Shown: positions 25,116 through 38,200 of the stretch, piece after piece
Layout of the letters: the number at the start of each line of letters is the position of its first letter
How positions within the stretch are numbered: the stretch's first letter is position 1
Assembly (NCBI GenBank): GCA_977016875.1
Contig: CDRNST010000048.1
Coordinates: forward strand, 496,001-560,000
Reading direction: 5' to 3'
Length of the DNA: 64,000 nt
Origin: Pavona decussata
Taxonomy: Eukaryota
The notes under the pieces: generated by a model
Told to the model about the DNA's origin: nothing
Seen by the model: the letters and a program-made list of their open reading frames with translations, nothing else
Database searches by the model: none
Program-made: the position numbers and the translations under genes

Positions 25116-25820
25116 TCAACCTGTGAACAGAAACTCTCGAGCTAAGATTCACCACAACTTCGCAATTATCAAAGTACAAGGACTACTGCAGAAAATAGAT
25201 GACGCGTTGATATTGAGCTTCCTTGTTGCAATAATTAAAGTAATGAACACACACAAAAACCAGCTATATAACCGTTAGTTGACATTTTGTTACAGCACAG
25301 AATATTTCTTAGAAAGTCATTTATAAGTTATGCATGTTCTATGAGACAATACCTATTTATCATTAATTGCGGTTGAGTTTCGTCTTAAAGACACAGAATT
25401 ATTGAAGCGCCATAAATCCTGTATATTGCTAATTTAATTTCTTTCTAATCTTTTACTTAAACCTTCTGTTTTCATAAGTAAAGAGTCATCACAGTGTGCT
25501 CTTCAATACAGCTCATTTAACATTTCATGAAAAATGAATAATTTAAGTCCTGCCTAAAATTCAAATTGTTTTTGAGAAGATAAATGAATTCTAAAAAATC
25601 TTCAGAAAAAATTTCAAATTAAAAATTGAACAAGAACTCAGTTCAAACCTCTCAAGGAAATAAAATGCAATTTATAGGAAGGAAATCTCTAGTTCTATTT
25701 ATTACCTACCAGTCTTGCTTGTGCGACTTCAACCATCGAAGGAAAACTGATTCACCTTTCACTATTACAGAAGCTTTTATCCTTTATGTTTGTTGACTTG
25801 TAAGTAAAAAACTTGTTTCA

Positions 25821-26135
25821 GACACGTTTTAAAGCTGCCAACGATAAGCCAAGCTCTCCTATTGGTTAAATAATTTGTGTTGACTAGAAAGTAACACGTT
25901 TTGAAGTTGATAACATGTTGGGAGCCAAAATAAGCCAAGCTCCCCTATTGGTTAAATCATTTTTGTTGACTAGGAAGTAACACATTTTGAAGTTGACAAC
26001 ATGTTGGGTGCCAAAATAAGCCAAGCTCCCCTATTGGTTAAATCATTTTTGTTGACTTAAAGGTAACATGTTTTGAAGTTGATAACATGTTGGGTGCCAA
26101 AATAAGCCAAGCACTCCTATTGATAAAATCATTTC
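25821..26135 (-). repeat. 86-bp CCAAT tandem repeat x4 upstream of copy A'
   Basis: Duplicate of 12478-12792. Confidence 0.85.
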
Positions 26136-29100
26136 TGTATCCACCAATAACCTTGACTCTTCTATAATGTTTTGTTAGACGGCTTGTTATGCTAATTAGG
26201 CCAATGATGTGTCCGCTTTTGATTGAGCTGTTTTGTTTTGAACATGTCTGCTAACATTTATGAAACAGGACAAATACTGTATATCCATATTTGTTGACAG
26301 ACAATTTTCAAAATGGCTAATCTGGCAATATGTCTCGGATTTGTTTTTTAATTAAAATCTTGCATACTGAAACCCGTTTCAAAACAGACTTTAGTATTGA
26401 ACAGCATAAAACACAACCTACGCTCTTGGAAATGTTTATCAGGAAATTTCAAAATTAATCTACCGTACAACTTGAAAATGCGTATTACCTTTCCAAAATT
26501 ATGAAAAGAAACCTTCGTTGAAAAAGTCGGTTTTGGGAAGAATGTCTTCTAATGCTGAAAGTCAGCTGTGTAACAGAACATGGTTGTACGATTTTGTTCC
26601 TCTCGTTTGACTCTAAAGTGTACTTCTTTCACTCTGCTATTTGATGAAACAGACGTCGAGATTGTTTGACACGTCAGCACCTTGTTTGTGCGATGTCCTC
26701 CATGTGCAGCTTTTACTGATTCCTTGCTCAATTCAATCTTATTCAATCTGCGCCTGTATCTCTAGATTATTAGCAAATGGCGAAATCTGCAACCGTAAAG
26801 TTACTTATCCCTGTTGCAAGTTAAAATCACGATGGATTAAACTTGAAAGCGAAATTAATTTTTTTTTTCATTAAAATCGCTATTATCATGCTTGTTTTAC
26901 AGAATTAGAGTTTCTTAATTTTATAGAAGTTTTCTTTCAGTTAATTGCGGTCTAACCTGAAAATCTCAATTTTGTAATGATGCGTAATTTTTTCGCTGGT
27001 TTTGTTTAACCGAGTGCTGTTAAATTCTAGTAACATACTGGAGTCATTTGTAACGTGGTTTAGTTTGTTAGTTTGGCCAGCAGCCATTTTTAGTTGCATC
27101 GAGAATGGCATGAAAAACAGAATAAAGTCAAACGAGAGAGCGTTTGGTGTCTGAAAAAACTGCCACGACTAAATCAACCAACCGAACAAAAGTCTCTCCT
27201 CTATCGATAACTGCTTTAATAGTTTAAAGGAAATTAGTTACCGCAATCGATACATTTTCCAACATCAAATAGAGCACCGCACATCATGGAAACTAGAAAA
27301 CGCACTGAGTTTCTTATTTCTGAAAGTCACGAAGCAGCCGAAAGAGAAACTGGCTTCTTTGTTGTTTAGCGTAAAAATTAAATTAAGCGCAAGAGCGTCG
27401 CTTAAAAATACATTATTATAATAAATATCAAAACGTTTACCTTTGAAGTACTTTAGCAGTGATCCGGGTTGTCTAAACGAGAACAAGAAATCTGAAATAG
27501 AGGATAAGAAAAAGAATTAAAATTTACATCAAAAGGAGCATCGAAATCCTTCACAAATAACATTCAACAAAACTGCCGAGAACTTACGGTGTCGCATTCG
27601 TTGGTCATTACTTGTCACTTCTTGATGAAGCTCTATTTTGTTTTGTTTAATTAGGTACTTGTTAGAACAAGTTCGTCCAAAACATTTGTTTTAACTTTTT
27701 TACTTTCAAAACACTATTCACCCCTCCTCCACCCTCCCCCCCCCCCCCCCACAATTTGTTTTATCACCGATGCGTCCAATAGGAGGGCCTCTTCAACGTT
27801 GTTTTGCTACGTTGTGTTCCTTCAATAGCCGTGATTCACGGTTTTAACCCTTATTAAAAAAAGGACTAAAAAGTCTAAACTGCTTAAATAAAATACCTGT
27901 GGATTGAAATTAAAGTAATCGGTGAGATATCCTTGTTTCCCTCCGTCCAAAATCTGAGCTTCGAGCGGTCCATTTGTATATTTTATGAGCCTCACCACTC
28001 TTTTCCCCCGAGGAGGTCTTCCCACACTCAGCCTAACCATACATTCCGGCTTCCTCACAACGGCCGATCTTTAAACTACACAAACTGAATACAAATACAA
28101 TTGACTGTGCTTGCAATACTTTCACTGTCAAAAGGCTTCCCTTACCCTTATCACTTTATCTTACGGTTAGCACATCAGTTGTATATTTGTCTCTAAGCGG
28201 AACAGTTTAGCTCCATTTTTATCCATTGTGTTTTGACTCACGGCTTTTGCAATACGTTTTATCTGGCTTTGGGTACATTTTATTGACAAAAAAGATGACA
28301 ATTTTCCTGAAATGGGTAATAAAGGTTTTATTCTGGTTGTTGGTTGCAGTCTGTTGGCATAGGTTTGAATATTACAGTCAATGCTTAACTCGCTTAAATA
28401 AAACGATTGAACACATTGACACAATGCTATGTGAACAATTTTTTGCCGCGTCAACATGACGGAAGAGACGAAGGGGCGATTGATGACAAAGAACATAGAT
28501 GAAGATTGTTTGATGACTCACGATTGCAAACGACCTCTAACTCCGACACATTTCCTGTTTATTTTTTCAGTTTCACAATAACTGTGTACACCCTTTGCTT
28601 GGTTTCGACCTGATAAAATAGTTTTCAGAAAGCTAATTGAGATGCCTAAAAGGCTTGTTTAATGATTTTGAAACGCGAGGATGGCTAATGTTCCTGAAAG
28701 CTCCCAAATGATATGGAAATGCAGAGAAACGTGTCAAGTCTGATGCTTAAATACTCTCGTTAGTTTGGTACTAGTGAAGAAAATAAGAATTTAAAATACA
28801 AACTTACGCTGCCATATTCGCCAAAAAATCGCCTATAACTTGATGTTTTACGAAGCTCAAGTGAATCAGCAGTTTGCTGTTTTGTCTTCTTTGCATATAA
28901 TGAGTCTCTCGTTAGATCACGTTATTGAAATAATTACAATTGTTTTAAAATTTTCACCGATGACAGTCATTCTAACGAGAAATATTATTGCCTAGAACGA
29001 TGTGTATAAGTCGGCAAAATGGTCAATGGAATGACTTCTTCTATTTTAAGACTTGTTGACACAATTAATTTTAGAAAAAAACAATTAAAGCTTGTAGCTA

Positions 29101-29525
29101 AAGAAACATAAAATTCTTTCCCAAATCTTCAGCCAACCAAAAATATTCGGGTCTGGAAAAATTTATTACAAGTATGGTGGATTGTTTTGTAGAAACACCA
29201 GTTGAAGCTTTTCCGCTGTGTTCCTCAAATTAGCAGCAAATTAAATTCCACTAGAAATATAGTATATTCAACTACCGACTGTCAGTAATATTCACAATAG
29301 AAGCTGTGTATAGCCTTTGTTCTATTATGAGAGGTGAAAGCTTCGCTGCGGTATTTATTTGTCTAAATTTTAGTTGACAATCTCGACTCCAAAGTTAACA
29401 AGTAAACATTCGCTCGTGGATGCGGGAAGGGTCAGTTTAACACGTCAGAAAATATTCACAGTGCGAGTCGGTTGTTCGCTTGAGTGATTTTAACTTGCCT
29501 AAGGTAAAGCGATGTAAAATTTGAA

Positions 29526-29660
29526 GAGAGTATGTGCACGACGGCCATGTTGGAGGACCAAAACAGTACAAGGATTTTTCTTTGGGAAATATATTTTATT
29601 TTTATGCAAACATCTTCCGTTGTTTTAGTCCTCCAGCATGGCCGCCGTGCACACACTCTA
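29526..29660. mobile_element. The same hairpin MITE in duplication unit 2
   Basis: Duplicate of 16183-16317. Confidence 0.8.
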
Positions 29661-31363
29661 TACAGTCTGAAAGTATAATGCGTGCAGTTTTAGATACAAA
29701 ACGGAGATTTTCAATTTCACAGACATGTTTCGGCAGAAACGTCTGCCTTCTTCATGTCGGTGACTTGAAAATATTCGTTTTATATCTAAAACTTGTTGTT
29801 GGATTCTTGCTGTCCAGACCTTTCGATAATGCCTGGAGCCTATTGAGAGCACACGGCTGTACAAAAAAACAAACAAACAAACAAACAAACAAACAAACAA
29901 ACAAACTAAATTTATAAATTATAAAAAATAACAAAGACTGTCTTCCTTTTTTCCTCCCTATTTTTCTTATGATTCCTTATTTCTCTAAAATTGCACAGGA
30001 CCCTTGCTTTCATTATTTATGTATTTATTCAAAAGAGCATAAAGAAATCATGACGGCTCGGCTTCCAGCAATACGCGAAATATTCATAACAAGAATATTT
30101 TTGGCGTTCTTGATAATTTATTCAATGTTTTTTTTTTCGGCGTCTCAGTAACTGCGCGTGTGATGCAAATAGCCCGAACATACGGAGAAAATTTCAAGAA
30201 AGAGTAAAAAGACCGCGTCTGTTTGCCCTTTTATGCTTCTCTTCGTGTAAGGCGCAAGAAAAGATCTTTGGTTTCTAGTGATGGGCTTCGCGGTGTTATT
30301 TAAAGTGCATGGTGGTTCAAAGATATGGATTTTGTGTATGACAAAGTAAGGGGAAACCATTCGGTCTGTAAACACATCCGCTTAATCGGGTTGGAAACCT
30401 TCCTTAACGTTCCTGTTGTTTTATGTGTCAAACTCTGGTTCACACATCATACTACAAGGTTTCAAAGGGGTTATTAGCTTCGAATCCCCTCCTCCTTCCC
30501 CATCCCCTACTTTTCTGGGCACTAAAAAAAGAACATTAAAAAAAGTCTGGACTCCAAGGACAGCGGCCTTCGGAATCCACGGCAAACATTTCTGGACTCT
30601 AAGGCCACAAGACCTCTCCTTTGGGACTCTGGAATTACCTTACAGTGTTGTCGTCTTTAGTGAATTTTCACGTAAACTTCTTCCTTTCAAGACCACCCGG
30701 TGCGCAAGCCAAAGATGGGCAGCCTTACGAATCACACTGGTTAGAAACTGAGGCTGATATATCACAAACTTTCAATGATACTTTTTTTTTTTCATTTCTT
30801 AATCCAATAAGGTACGTTGTACAACTGACTTGGGGAAGGAAATATCGTTTCCGTCCTTAAAATCTGATTGAAAACTAATAAACAGTGGTTTTAGTGCAGT
30901 AAGAAATAATCTTATGAAAAACTAACGACAATTCAGTTAAATACTATGGACCCAAGATTTTGCTTTGGTGGACTAATTGTATGGAAATTAAATGTGACAT
31001 GGTAACCGTAGCTGAATTATGCAATTACAAGAAAAAATCGGCAAGAACTGGTAAACTCCAACTCTGCAGCAAACAAACTAGCACCGTAAGAAATTCACAC
31101 AACACAGTGTATTTAAAATAACTGCTACCTTTATTTCTATGTTTCCTGTTATTCATTACTGCCGGATAAAATTAACTTTATTCCCTGCACCTTTCAAGCT
31201 TAAAAAATTAAACGCCTGTTTTGATTACTTCCACTTGGTTCTTATTTCCTAAACTTCAGATTTATAATCCTTTTTAAATAAAGCGATCATTCAGTCCGCA
31301 GTGGGAATCTACAAACACCTTAAAGTTAAAACAAAAACAAGAACAACAACACTGCTCGTTGTT

Positions 31364-34172
31364 TCAAGCTTGTGGAGGTGGTACTTCTTCCACGTACATC
31401 CGGGACACTGAGATCCAGCCTGTTACCGCATCTGCCGATCCATAACCAACACAGTTACCGACCCAGAATCCCACACGCACAGTGCCCTTGTGGACTTTCT
31501 CACAGACTCCTTCGATTTGCCTAACTCGGTGTAAATCCTTTTTGAAGCCTTTTCCATAATTCATGTATACTATACCATCAATGGCTGCTGGGGCTGAACA
31601 CTCTGCGTCATTGAAGGTGAAATACCATCGCCTGCAACACGCATGACAGTTAGCGATGCGAAGGACTCCGTTCCAGAAGACACGGAGCCCTGTTTTGTCA
31701 GATATCTTCTTGAAAACACATTCCTGTGAAATAAATAAAACAAACAATTGAACTGAAGTGGGAACCATCAACATTTACATAAATACATGAAACAAACTGA
31801 TCTGATCCAGCAGTTGCGCAGTCCAATAGGCAAATCCCATAAAAAAGAAAGGTTTTCCTTACACTCCTAGTTTCTAGTTTCATGGGCAACCAGTAGTTGC
31901 TGAATTCTCTACTCTATAAAAATGTACATATCCTGATCAGCACACCACCAGGACTGGCTCATTAGGATAGATATCAGACCTAATAGTTACTGGGTAGAGT
32001 TTTTTTTTTTTTTTAATTAGCGTCACCTATTTTTGTACATCATTTAAGTGTTAATTTATTTAGTACTGCGGTGCTAATTGAGGATACTGTAAACAATTGA
32101 AAGTAATAATATAAACTAAACATAAATACCTTTAAAAGTTCTAACTGATAGGAAACAAAGGCAATGTTAATGTTAATTCTTGTCCTTCAAAAGCGCGCAT
32201 TGCGGCTAATATATTTTGCTGAGACAAACGACCACGCACGCCATACCATTTTTTGTTAAAGCGAAAATATTACCAGTACAATTCTTGTATTATGAATCCG
32301 TTTGCAACCTTATGTTTGATATAAACAAAAACACTGCCCCAAGAAATATTTTGAATCTGTTTTCTTGAATTTCTAGTGTCCATTCCTATAAAACGCGTTC
32401 CTCTACCTCTGATCATTTTTGTACAAAGGAATCTCGCATTAATGCCACACGAAATGCATTCTCGCGTGTTGGGGTCAAGATTTGGAATGGGATACCTGTA
32501 ACTCTATAAAGAAGTGCAAAAAAATCTTTTAAAGAATCCCTAAAATGAAAGTTATTTGATATACTTGAAGCTGTAGACTCCTGTATTGAAGTGGAAACGA
32601 TAATTGACCAAATGAAAAACTGATCAGCTGATTCTCTTTTTCCCTCTTCATCTCTTTTCTATTGTAAAATTGATGATAATAGAAAAATGACATATAATTT
32701 ACTTTAATTTTGTTGCATAGCCTTACCTAAATCTGCGTTATTATGTAAAGTTAAGTTTTTTTCCTGTTTTCCTGCATGTTTTGTAATTTATTGCAATTTT
32801 TTTTCCATTATGTTCTCGTGCTCGTCTTGTCCCGCCTCGACTAGCTTTGTGGGTATTTGCGGGACAAGCAACTTATATCATCACAATTTGCTAATAAATT
32901 GTTGTTTTTGTTTGTTTTTAATGTTATAATAATAATTTCTGTTGTTTTTGGCTTATGATTCTGTAGCTGAGCGTTTACCTTAATCAATCCAGAGTCCCTG
33001 TTATCATTCAGATTCTTAAAAACGCACTGTTTCCAGTTACGCACAAAAGACCCTAGAGCTCCTTTGGGACCTGGGGGACCTTGAATTCCACGAGCACCTG
33101 TATCACCCTTGTTTCCACGTGAACCTGGTGGGCCTTAGGATCCTTGTTGTCCCTTGGGGCCAGGATGACCTTGGTTACCACGAGCACCTGCTTTACCTTT
33201 TTTTCCAGTAGGACCCGGAGATCCAGGGGGTCCTTGAGCACCTTTAAGTCCTCCACTAGGGCCTTCATCACCCTTGTTTCCTCGAGGGCCCATAGGTCCT
33301 TCAGATCCGCGATTGCCGGGTGATCCCGCGGCACCTGCTGGTCCCGCTGGTCCAGGGCTTCCTGGGATACCTGGAATTCCTGGTGCGCAGAAACATGTGC
33401 TGTGACCACAAGACCCATATGATGAAGACTGTTGAGGAGTGCCCTGAATGAAGAAATTACAAATATTTTTTGATTTGATTTACTATATATCAAGTCAGTG
33501 GATAAAGTGTTGGGTACTTAAATTCTGGGTAGTATATGCTATGCACCCGTCTCGGGGTTGTCCTGTCCTTTAGCGTATTCATCAGTGTGTCGCAAATAAA
33601 ATTACTAATCAGAGCTGGCTATCCAGTTTCGGTTTTAAAAACCTCCACCTCAGTGACGAATTGCTAATAAGCCATCATGAGATCAAGTTGCTTTGTTAAA
33701 CTGGCCAAATAATAGACTTAAGCTTCACCCTAAGGAAAACTGGTTAACTGCCTTTGCCGTACAGATACTTAATACAAGGAACTGTTCAAATTTTTGTGGG
33801 ACTGGATGAGCTGGTGGGATTTAAGGGAGGGGGCATACGAAAGAACTGGTTTCGGGGGGAGGGGGGAGGTGGTGAAGATCTGTAAATAACGAACGAGGCT
33901 GATGATTGGATGTTCACTTCAACAATTTCCAGTACCTGACAAGTAACTAGTTGCTCTTTTCCTTTATTAATCCTTTCTTTGTTTAGTGGGCAGCAGGAAG
34001 CGAGCTGCCTGTTTTCACTTGGTACCTAGAGTATAGTCACCAAACTCACCTTGTTGTCACGTGGTTTGCTGCTGCTGTTGCTGTCATTCGCAGAACACAA
34101 GGTGATCAGCAGTAAGAACAGTACACACAGCATGATGGTCAGCGTTATATTCAGGCAGCGTTTCGTCATCAT
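31364..34172 (-). pseudogene. CTHRC1: CTHRC1-like copy B', duplicate of B, premature TAA at 33137-33135. Exons 34172-34050, 33443-32979, 31723-31364.
   Basis: Near-identical to B, including the stop, the 15-nt deletion and the intronic LINE. Two synonymous differences seen in exon 3 (31607, 31646). Confidence 0.88.
32176..32917 (+). mobile_element. The same LINE fragment in copy B'
   Basis: Duplicate of 18829-19570, with TSD at 32167-32175 and 32918-32926. Confidence 0.88.
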
Positions 34173-34843
34173 TCAACCTGTGAACTTTGAATTCTCGAAC
34201 TCAGTTTTATTCACCACGCAAAAAGAGAAAAAACTACAAATGAACAAAATCCGAGGACCGCAAGGTGCATAAATGGAAATTGATAACGCTTTTGATGTTC
34301 AGCTTCCTTATTACCAACCACATAACTTTGTGACAGCAAAGAATATCTCATGCGAAGTCATCCATTAGTTGTGCATGTTTTATCAGATAATACCTATTTA
34401 TCATTCATCACCGTTGAATTTGATAATGAAGACATAGAATTATTGAAGCGCCATACATCCTATTTATTGCTAATTTAATTTCTTTTAATGATATACTTAA
34501 ACCTTCTTATATCATAAGTAAAGAGTCACCACAGTGTGTTCTTCAATTAATAGCTAATAGCTAATGACTAATTTAAGTCTTTCCTAAAATTCAAATTGTT
34601 TTTGAGAAGTTAATGAATTTTGCTAAAAATCTTCAAATTAATTGAATAAGAATTCAGTTCAATTCTTTCAAGGAAAAAATTGCAGTATAGTATAGAAAAC
34701 TAAGGGAAAAATCCATAGTTCTATTACCTACCAATCTTGCTTGTGCGGCTTCAACCATCTGAAGGAAAACTGATTCACCTCTCACTATTACAGAAGCTTT
34801 TATCCTTTTTGTTTGTTGACGGGTAAGTAAAAAACTTGTTTCA

Positions 34844-35000
34844 GACACGTTTTGAAGCTGACAACATGTTGGATGCCAAATAAGCCAAGCTCTCCTATTG
34901 GTTAAATCATTTTTGTTGACTAGAAAGTAACACGTTTTAAAGTTGATAACATGTTTGGTGCAAAAGTAAGCCGAGCACTCCTATTGGTTAAATCATTTCT
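34844..35000 (-). repeat. 86-bp CCAAT tandem repeat x2 upstream of copy B'
   Basis: attgg at 34897 and 34983. Confidence 0.8.
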
Positions 35001-35250
35001 ATATCCACCGATAACCTTGACTCTTCTATAATGTTTTGTTTTTATAACTGACAAGTTGAAACAAGTTTTGACGGCTTGTTATGCTAATTAGGCCAATGAT
35101 GTGCGCCCTTTTGATTGAGCTGTTTTGTTGTGAACATCTCTGATAACATGTATGAAACAGGATAACCATCCATATTGGTTGACAGACAATTTTCAAAATG
35201 TCTAATGTGCAATAAGTCTGGAATTTGTCTTTTAGTAAAATTTTGCATTT

Positions 35251-38200
35251 TAGTATTGAATTAGATAAAACGATATACCTACACCCTTGGAAATAACAAT
35301 CAGCAAATCTTTAAATTAATCCGCCAAAGAAAATGCTTATCACGTTTCCAAAATCATGAAAAGAAAATTTTGAAAAGTCGGTTTTGTGAAACAGAACATA
35401 CTTATGCGATTTTTTTTCCTTCTCGTTTGAATCTTAAGTTGCGTACTTAGTGTGTTTCCAAGATAACCACTGAATATTGCCTCAGTTCACTTCTTTTACT
35501 CTGCTATTTGAGGAAACGAACGTTCAATTTGTTTGACACGTAAGGCCCTTGATTGTCCAAATTCCTCCTTTATGCAGTTTTTACTGATTCCTTGCTCGAT
35601 TCAATCTTATTTAATCTGCGTCTGGATCTTTGGATTATTAACAAATCGCGAAAAAATTTAAAACCGTAAAGCTACGTATTCCTCTCGTAAGTTCAAATCA
35701 CAAGCATGGGTTTTACTTCTAAGCAAAATTACTTTTAAGTTACTATAACCAATATTATCACAAGTAAAATTTCTGATTGAAACTGGCTTAAAGTTAATTG
35801 TGGTGTATTCTGAAAATCACACTTTTGTCTGATGACTTTTTTTTCCGCTGGTTTTGTTTAACCGAATGTTGCTTAATTCTATAAACGTGCTGGAGTCATT
35901 TGTAACATGTTTGTTCAGTTTGGTAAGCAGCCATTTCAACTGCATCGTGATCCGCGAATGACATGAATAAAGTCAAACTATAGAGCGTTTGGTGTCTGAA
36001 AAACAGCCGCCACTGAATTAACCGAACAAAAGTTTGTCCTCTATCGATGAGAGCTGAAATTATAGTTTTAAGCCACTCGATACATTTTTCAGATCTATGG
36101 GTCACTGCACATCATGAAAACTAAAACACGCACTGAGGTATTTGGTTTCACAAACCCACGAATCAGCCGAAAGAAAACAAAATAACTTCTTTGTTGTTTT
36201 AAAGTGGCAAACATTAAATTCAGCGCGAAGGCGCTAGCTGCTAAAAGTGAATTCTGATAAATATCAAAATTTACCTTTGAAGTAATTCAGCACTGACCCG
36301 GGTTGTCTGCAAGAGAACAAGAAATCTGAAATAGTGGAAAAGAAAAAGAATTAGATTATACAAGAAAACGAGCAACGAAATCCTTCACAAATAACAATCA
36401 ACAAAACTGTCGAGAACTTACAGTGTCGGATTCGTCAGTCCTTCCTTGTCACTTTTGAGGACTTTTCAGTTGATGAAGTTCTATTTTGTTTTGTTTAATT
36501 AATTTCTCGTTAGAGCAAGTCCTTCCAAAAGTTTGTTTTAAATTTTAATTTCCCAACAATAGTCGTCCTCAAAGTTTGTTTAACAGTTGATTCGACCAAC
36601 AGGAGGGCATCTGCAGTGTTGTTTTGCTGCGCAGTGTTCCCTGAATTGGAAGAAATTTACAGTTTCCTTTTATTTATTTATTTTTTAGGAAAGAAAAAGG
36701 AACCAAAAGTTCTAAAGTTCTAAAATAAAATACCTGTTGACTGAGATTAGGGTAATGTCAGAGATCCTTGTTTTCATCCCTCCGTAATCTGATTCATTGG
36801 TATATTTAACAAGGTGGCACAGCCGAGGCCTTTCCCCACCTCTCCCCTCCTGAGAAGGCCTCCTTACAGACTGACTATACCTCCTTCCTAACAACAGTCG
36901 ATCTTTCGACTAAAAAAAAGATACAACTACAATTGACTGAGCTTGCAATGCTCTCACTATCACTTTACCTTACAGTTAGCACATCAGTTGTATATTTTCT
37001 CTAAAAGTGGCACAGTTTAGCGGCTCCATTTCGTTTCTTTGTCTTTTCAATCAAGGCTTTTACAAAAAGTTTGTTGTGGCTCGAGGAACTCTTTATTGAC
37101 TAATAAACAATCCAATGTTCCAGTAATGGGTATTTAGGTCATGTTGTGACTGTTGACTTCGGTTTGTTTGCATTCATGGTTTGAATTTTTCAATCAGCGC
37201 ATAGCAAACTCGCTTTCAGCAAAACGATTGAACATATTGACCCATTGCCATGATTAGAATTTTTGAGTCGTGTCAGCCGATGACGGAAGAGGCGAAATGT
37301 TTTTGGAACACTTGATCATGATTTTTAAACTAATTTAAGGTTAAAGCTATTGGTAAAAAAGAACATAGATGAGGATTGGTTGATGCTTCATTGCAAACGA
37401 TTGCGAATTTGCAATATCTTTTGTTTATTCGGTCAATTTAAGAATAACTGCGTTTAAATTACGAAGAATCCTGTGCTTGGTTTTGACCCGCTAAAATAGT
37501 TTACTAAAGGCTAATTGCGATGCGTTAAAAGCTTTTTTGTATAAGTAATTTTGAAACGCTAATATGACTAACTTTTATCTTATTCATTTAGGTTTCGTCT
37601 TATTCAATTGAATTGAATTAAACATGCAAAAATGTAAAAATGCTTCGTTTCGTGCTGATCATGATAAAATAAATTACCAAAAGCTTATTGCGACGCTTCA
37701 AAAGAACGTAAATTTTGAAACGCCAACACTGATGGCTGTATATCGTACATTGATTCATCTTGTTTTGAGAAAAAATTTTAAATGCTTGGTTTCGAGCCTA
37801 TAAAAAAAATCTACAAAAAACTAATTGTAACTCTTCAAACTGAAAGAGTGTTTCAGTACTAATTTTGAAATGCTAACATGGCTAACAGTTTTATATCGAA
37901 CATTGATTCGTGTTATTGAGATTCTGTTTTCTAAATTAAACATGTAGTGATGTAAAAATTGGTGCGTTGTGAAATTTATACCTAGACGGGTCATTTTAAA
38001 CGCAAAAATTCCACAAGAGATATTAATTAAAACTACTTTATACAGTGATTGACTACTAAATTGCCGCCGCTTAATTAATTTTCAAAACAGGTCTCAGGTA
38101 GCCACATTTCTCAGTCCTGTTTCAAAGAAATTACGCACATGCCATTGAAAACGGGCATATGAGTTATTCTAATGCGATGTAAAACAAGGTGAGATCTACT

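Larger units (their letters stand above)
21474..34820. repeat. Recent 13.3 kb tandem segmental duplication, unit 2 (contains copies A' and B')
   Basis: The junction ttgttgac-g-aaaaattaaaatttgg joins sequence equal to 34813-34821 to sequence equal to 8132 onward, with 1-bp microhomology. Confidence 0.97.
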